DNA from: Malacoraja senta | Lineage: Eukaryota | Assembly: GCA_038087875.1 (NCBI GenBank) | Contig: CM075994.1 | Location: 2,606,001 to 2,670,000 of the forward strand | Direction of reading: 5' to 3' | DNA length: 64,000 nucleotides | Shown: positions 62,291 through 64,000 of the stretch, one piece after another | Layout of the letters: every line of letters starts with the position of its first letter | How positions within the stretch are numbered: position 1 is the stretch's first letter | Program-made: the position numbers and the translations under genes | The notes under the pieces: model-generated | The model's database searches: none | What the model was told of the DNA's origin: nothing | The model's input: the letters and a program-made list of their open reading frames with translations, nothing else

Positions 62291-64000
62291 ACTTTCTAGC
62301 TGGAAACATGTCATGGTTTTCAACATTGGGTTAAACTCGTGGAACACCCTACGATATTGGAGTATCTTCACCATGGAGACTGCAGTGGTTCAGGTGGTGG
62401 TTTATCAGCACTTAGTCATAGCCAATTACAGATGGTATTAATTGCTAGCAATGCTGTTGATACCCACATTCTGTGAATAAATTGCATCGTGATCTAATAT
62501 CCACAACTTAATTTTATTCTGTGTTTTAATTCATTTTATTTTTAACAACATTTTGTGCTTGTAAAGGCAATACCAACTTGTACATTTAAGTTTGAAGCCG
62601 AAGATTTTTAGAGAGCTTGGTTGCTACCTTGATTATATATTGTCATTAAGAAGCATTATCTCGAGCCTATTAACACCCATCTCGGTATAATTATTGCCAT
62701 GATAAATTTGGGCTGCCATCTTTAAGCAATCAATTGAAACTGAGCATTCCCCATCACAGAAAAGGAGTAATGCATAAAACATTTTGGCAATTTAATAGTT
62801 TCCCACCTTTATTAATGTCAACGGTGTACTGATTTTGCAAAAGCAAAGAGATTGCTTCCTACCAAATACTGTGCTCTTTCAAATACATATCAACTGTTCT
62901 GTAATTCTTTGAAAGTATTTGGAGTGCAGGCTTTCCACAGCTGTGTATTTTGCCATTCCACAATTATAGTACGAAAAGCACAGAAATATGGTCTTAGAAA
63001 TATTTAATTTATTAATCCCATCTCATTGTTTTCACATTAATCCTGCAAACTTCTCCGTTTCAATTCTATATCCAGTTTCCTTTTCAAAGTTAAAATTGAT
63101 TTGACGGGAGTTGGGGAGAATTTGGTGAGATGAACAATGGGATTGATGAGGGATTTTACCCTTTTTCACTTTTTAAGAACAACAATCTCAGTTTTTTTAA
63201 ATCTTACCACATAACTGAAGTTGAATATTCATTCTGGTAAATATCATCCTCGTCCTCTCCAAGGTGCTAATATACTACATTTGAATTAAAGCAGTGATTT
63301 ATAAAAGCATGAAATGACTTTCTAAGATTTGTACACTTTCTTATAATAATTCACGAATGTGGATCAGCTTCAATGATTGGTGTGTGTGTACACCTCAAAC
63401 TTCCTGTCCCTGCATCTCTTTTCCTTCCAATAAACATTGCTTCATGTTTTTGCATTAACGTCTCCTGTGTGTGCCCATTTCAGTCTGACTGTATAGTTCT
63501 AATATTTGCTACTAGCCTCATTGTTGCAATCATTACTAAGCTTTGTTTTAAAAGCAGAATACTGCAGTGCTAGAAAATAAAAATAAAACATTGGAAATGC
63601 TCGGGCCAGGCAGCATCTTTGCAGAAAGTAGTAATGCTAATTACCTTTTGTCATAACTAGGAAATGTTACAGATAAAATAAATACTAAACTCCTGTTAAG
63701 AGCTTGGAGGTAACTATAAAGAGGGGTGGAGTAAAAAGGATAGAAGACAAGAATGATTAACTGACAATGAGGCAACACTGAGACAAATAAGGTTTAGTAA
63801 ATTTACAACTGGGAGTAGCAAGGAACTGGCATCCTATGCTTAGCCTGATAGACGTCAAGAGTTTTTTTGTCATATGTCCTGGATAGAACAATGAAATTCT
63901 TACTTGCTGCAACATAACAGAATATGTGAACATAGTACATAACGGGAGAAGAAAAAAAGTTCAGCGTGTATATCCACACATACTCAATAAACAAACCATT

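Noticed and set aside
58065..64000. Next WTAP exon (TQIQYLKQ...-like)
   Set aside because: No matching exon found by eye; it presumably lies beyond the window.

Overview
Eukaryotic, repeat-dense vertebrate DNA, most likely an elasmobranch such as a skate or ray (inferred from HE1/V-SINE-like elements and the CR1/Penelope repeat landscape). It holds three protein-coding genes, reconstructed from splice signals. (1) A complete 5-exon SOD2 (MnSOD, 224 aa) on the minus strand, 18787-31661. (2) The first four coding exons of WTAP on the plus strand, 38189-58064, continuing past the window and arranged head-to-head with SOD2 across a CpG island. (3) Two probable alternative first coding exons of TMEM181 on the minus strand (12108-12238 and 1065-1072), both missed by the ORF track. 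The rest is mostly transposable elements: a young 5'-truncated L1 with a 15-bp TSD; L2, CR1, RTE and Rex/Babar fragments; Penelope remnants; many short repeats carrying a minimal hammerhead-ribozyme-like motif; two non-autonomous Helitrons; an IR/DR Tc1; two TAG-ended TIR elements with 3-bp TSDs (Academ-like); a foldback element; and tRNA-derived SINEs. I found no prokaryotic features or CRISPR arrays. Gene names rest on recalled human protein sequences and exon sizes, not database searches. Repeat boundaries without TSD/TIR support are approximate.
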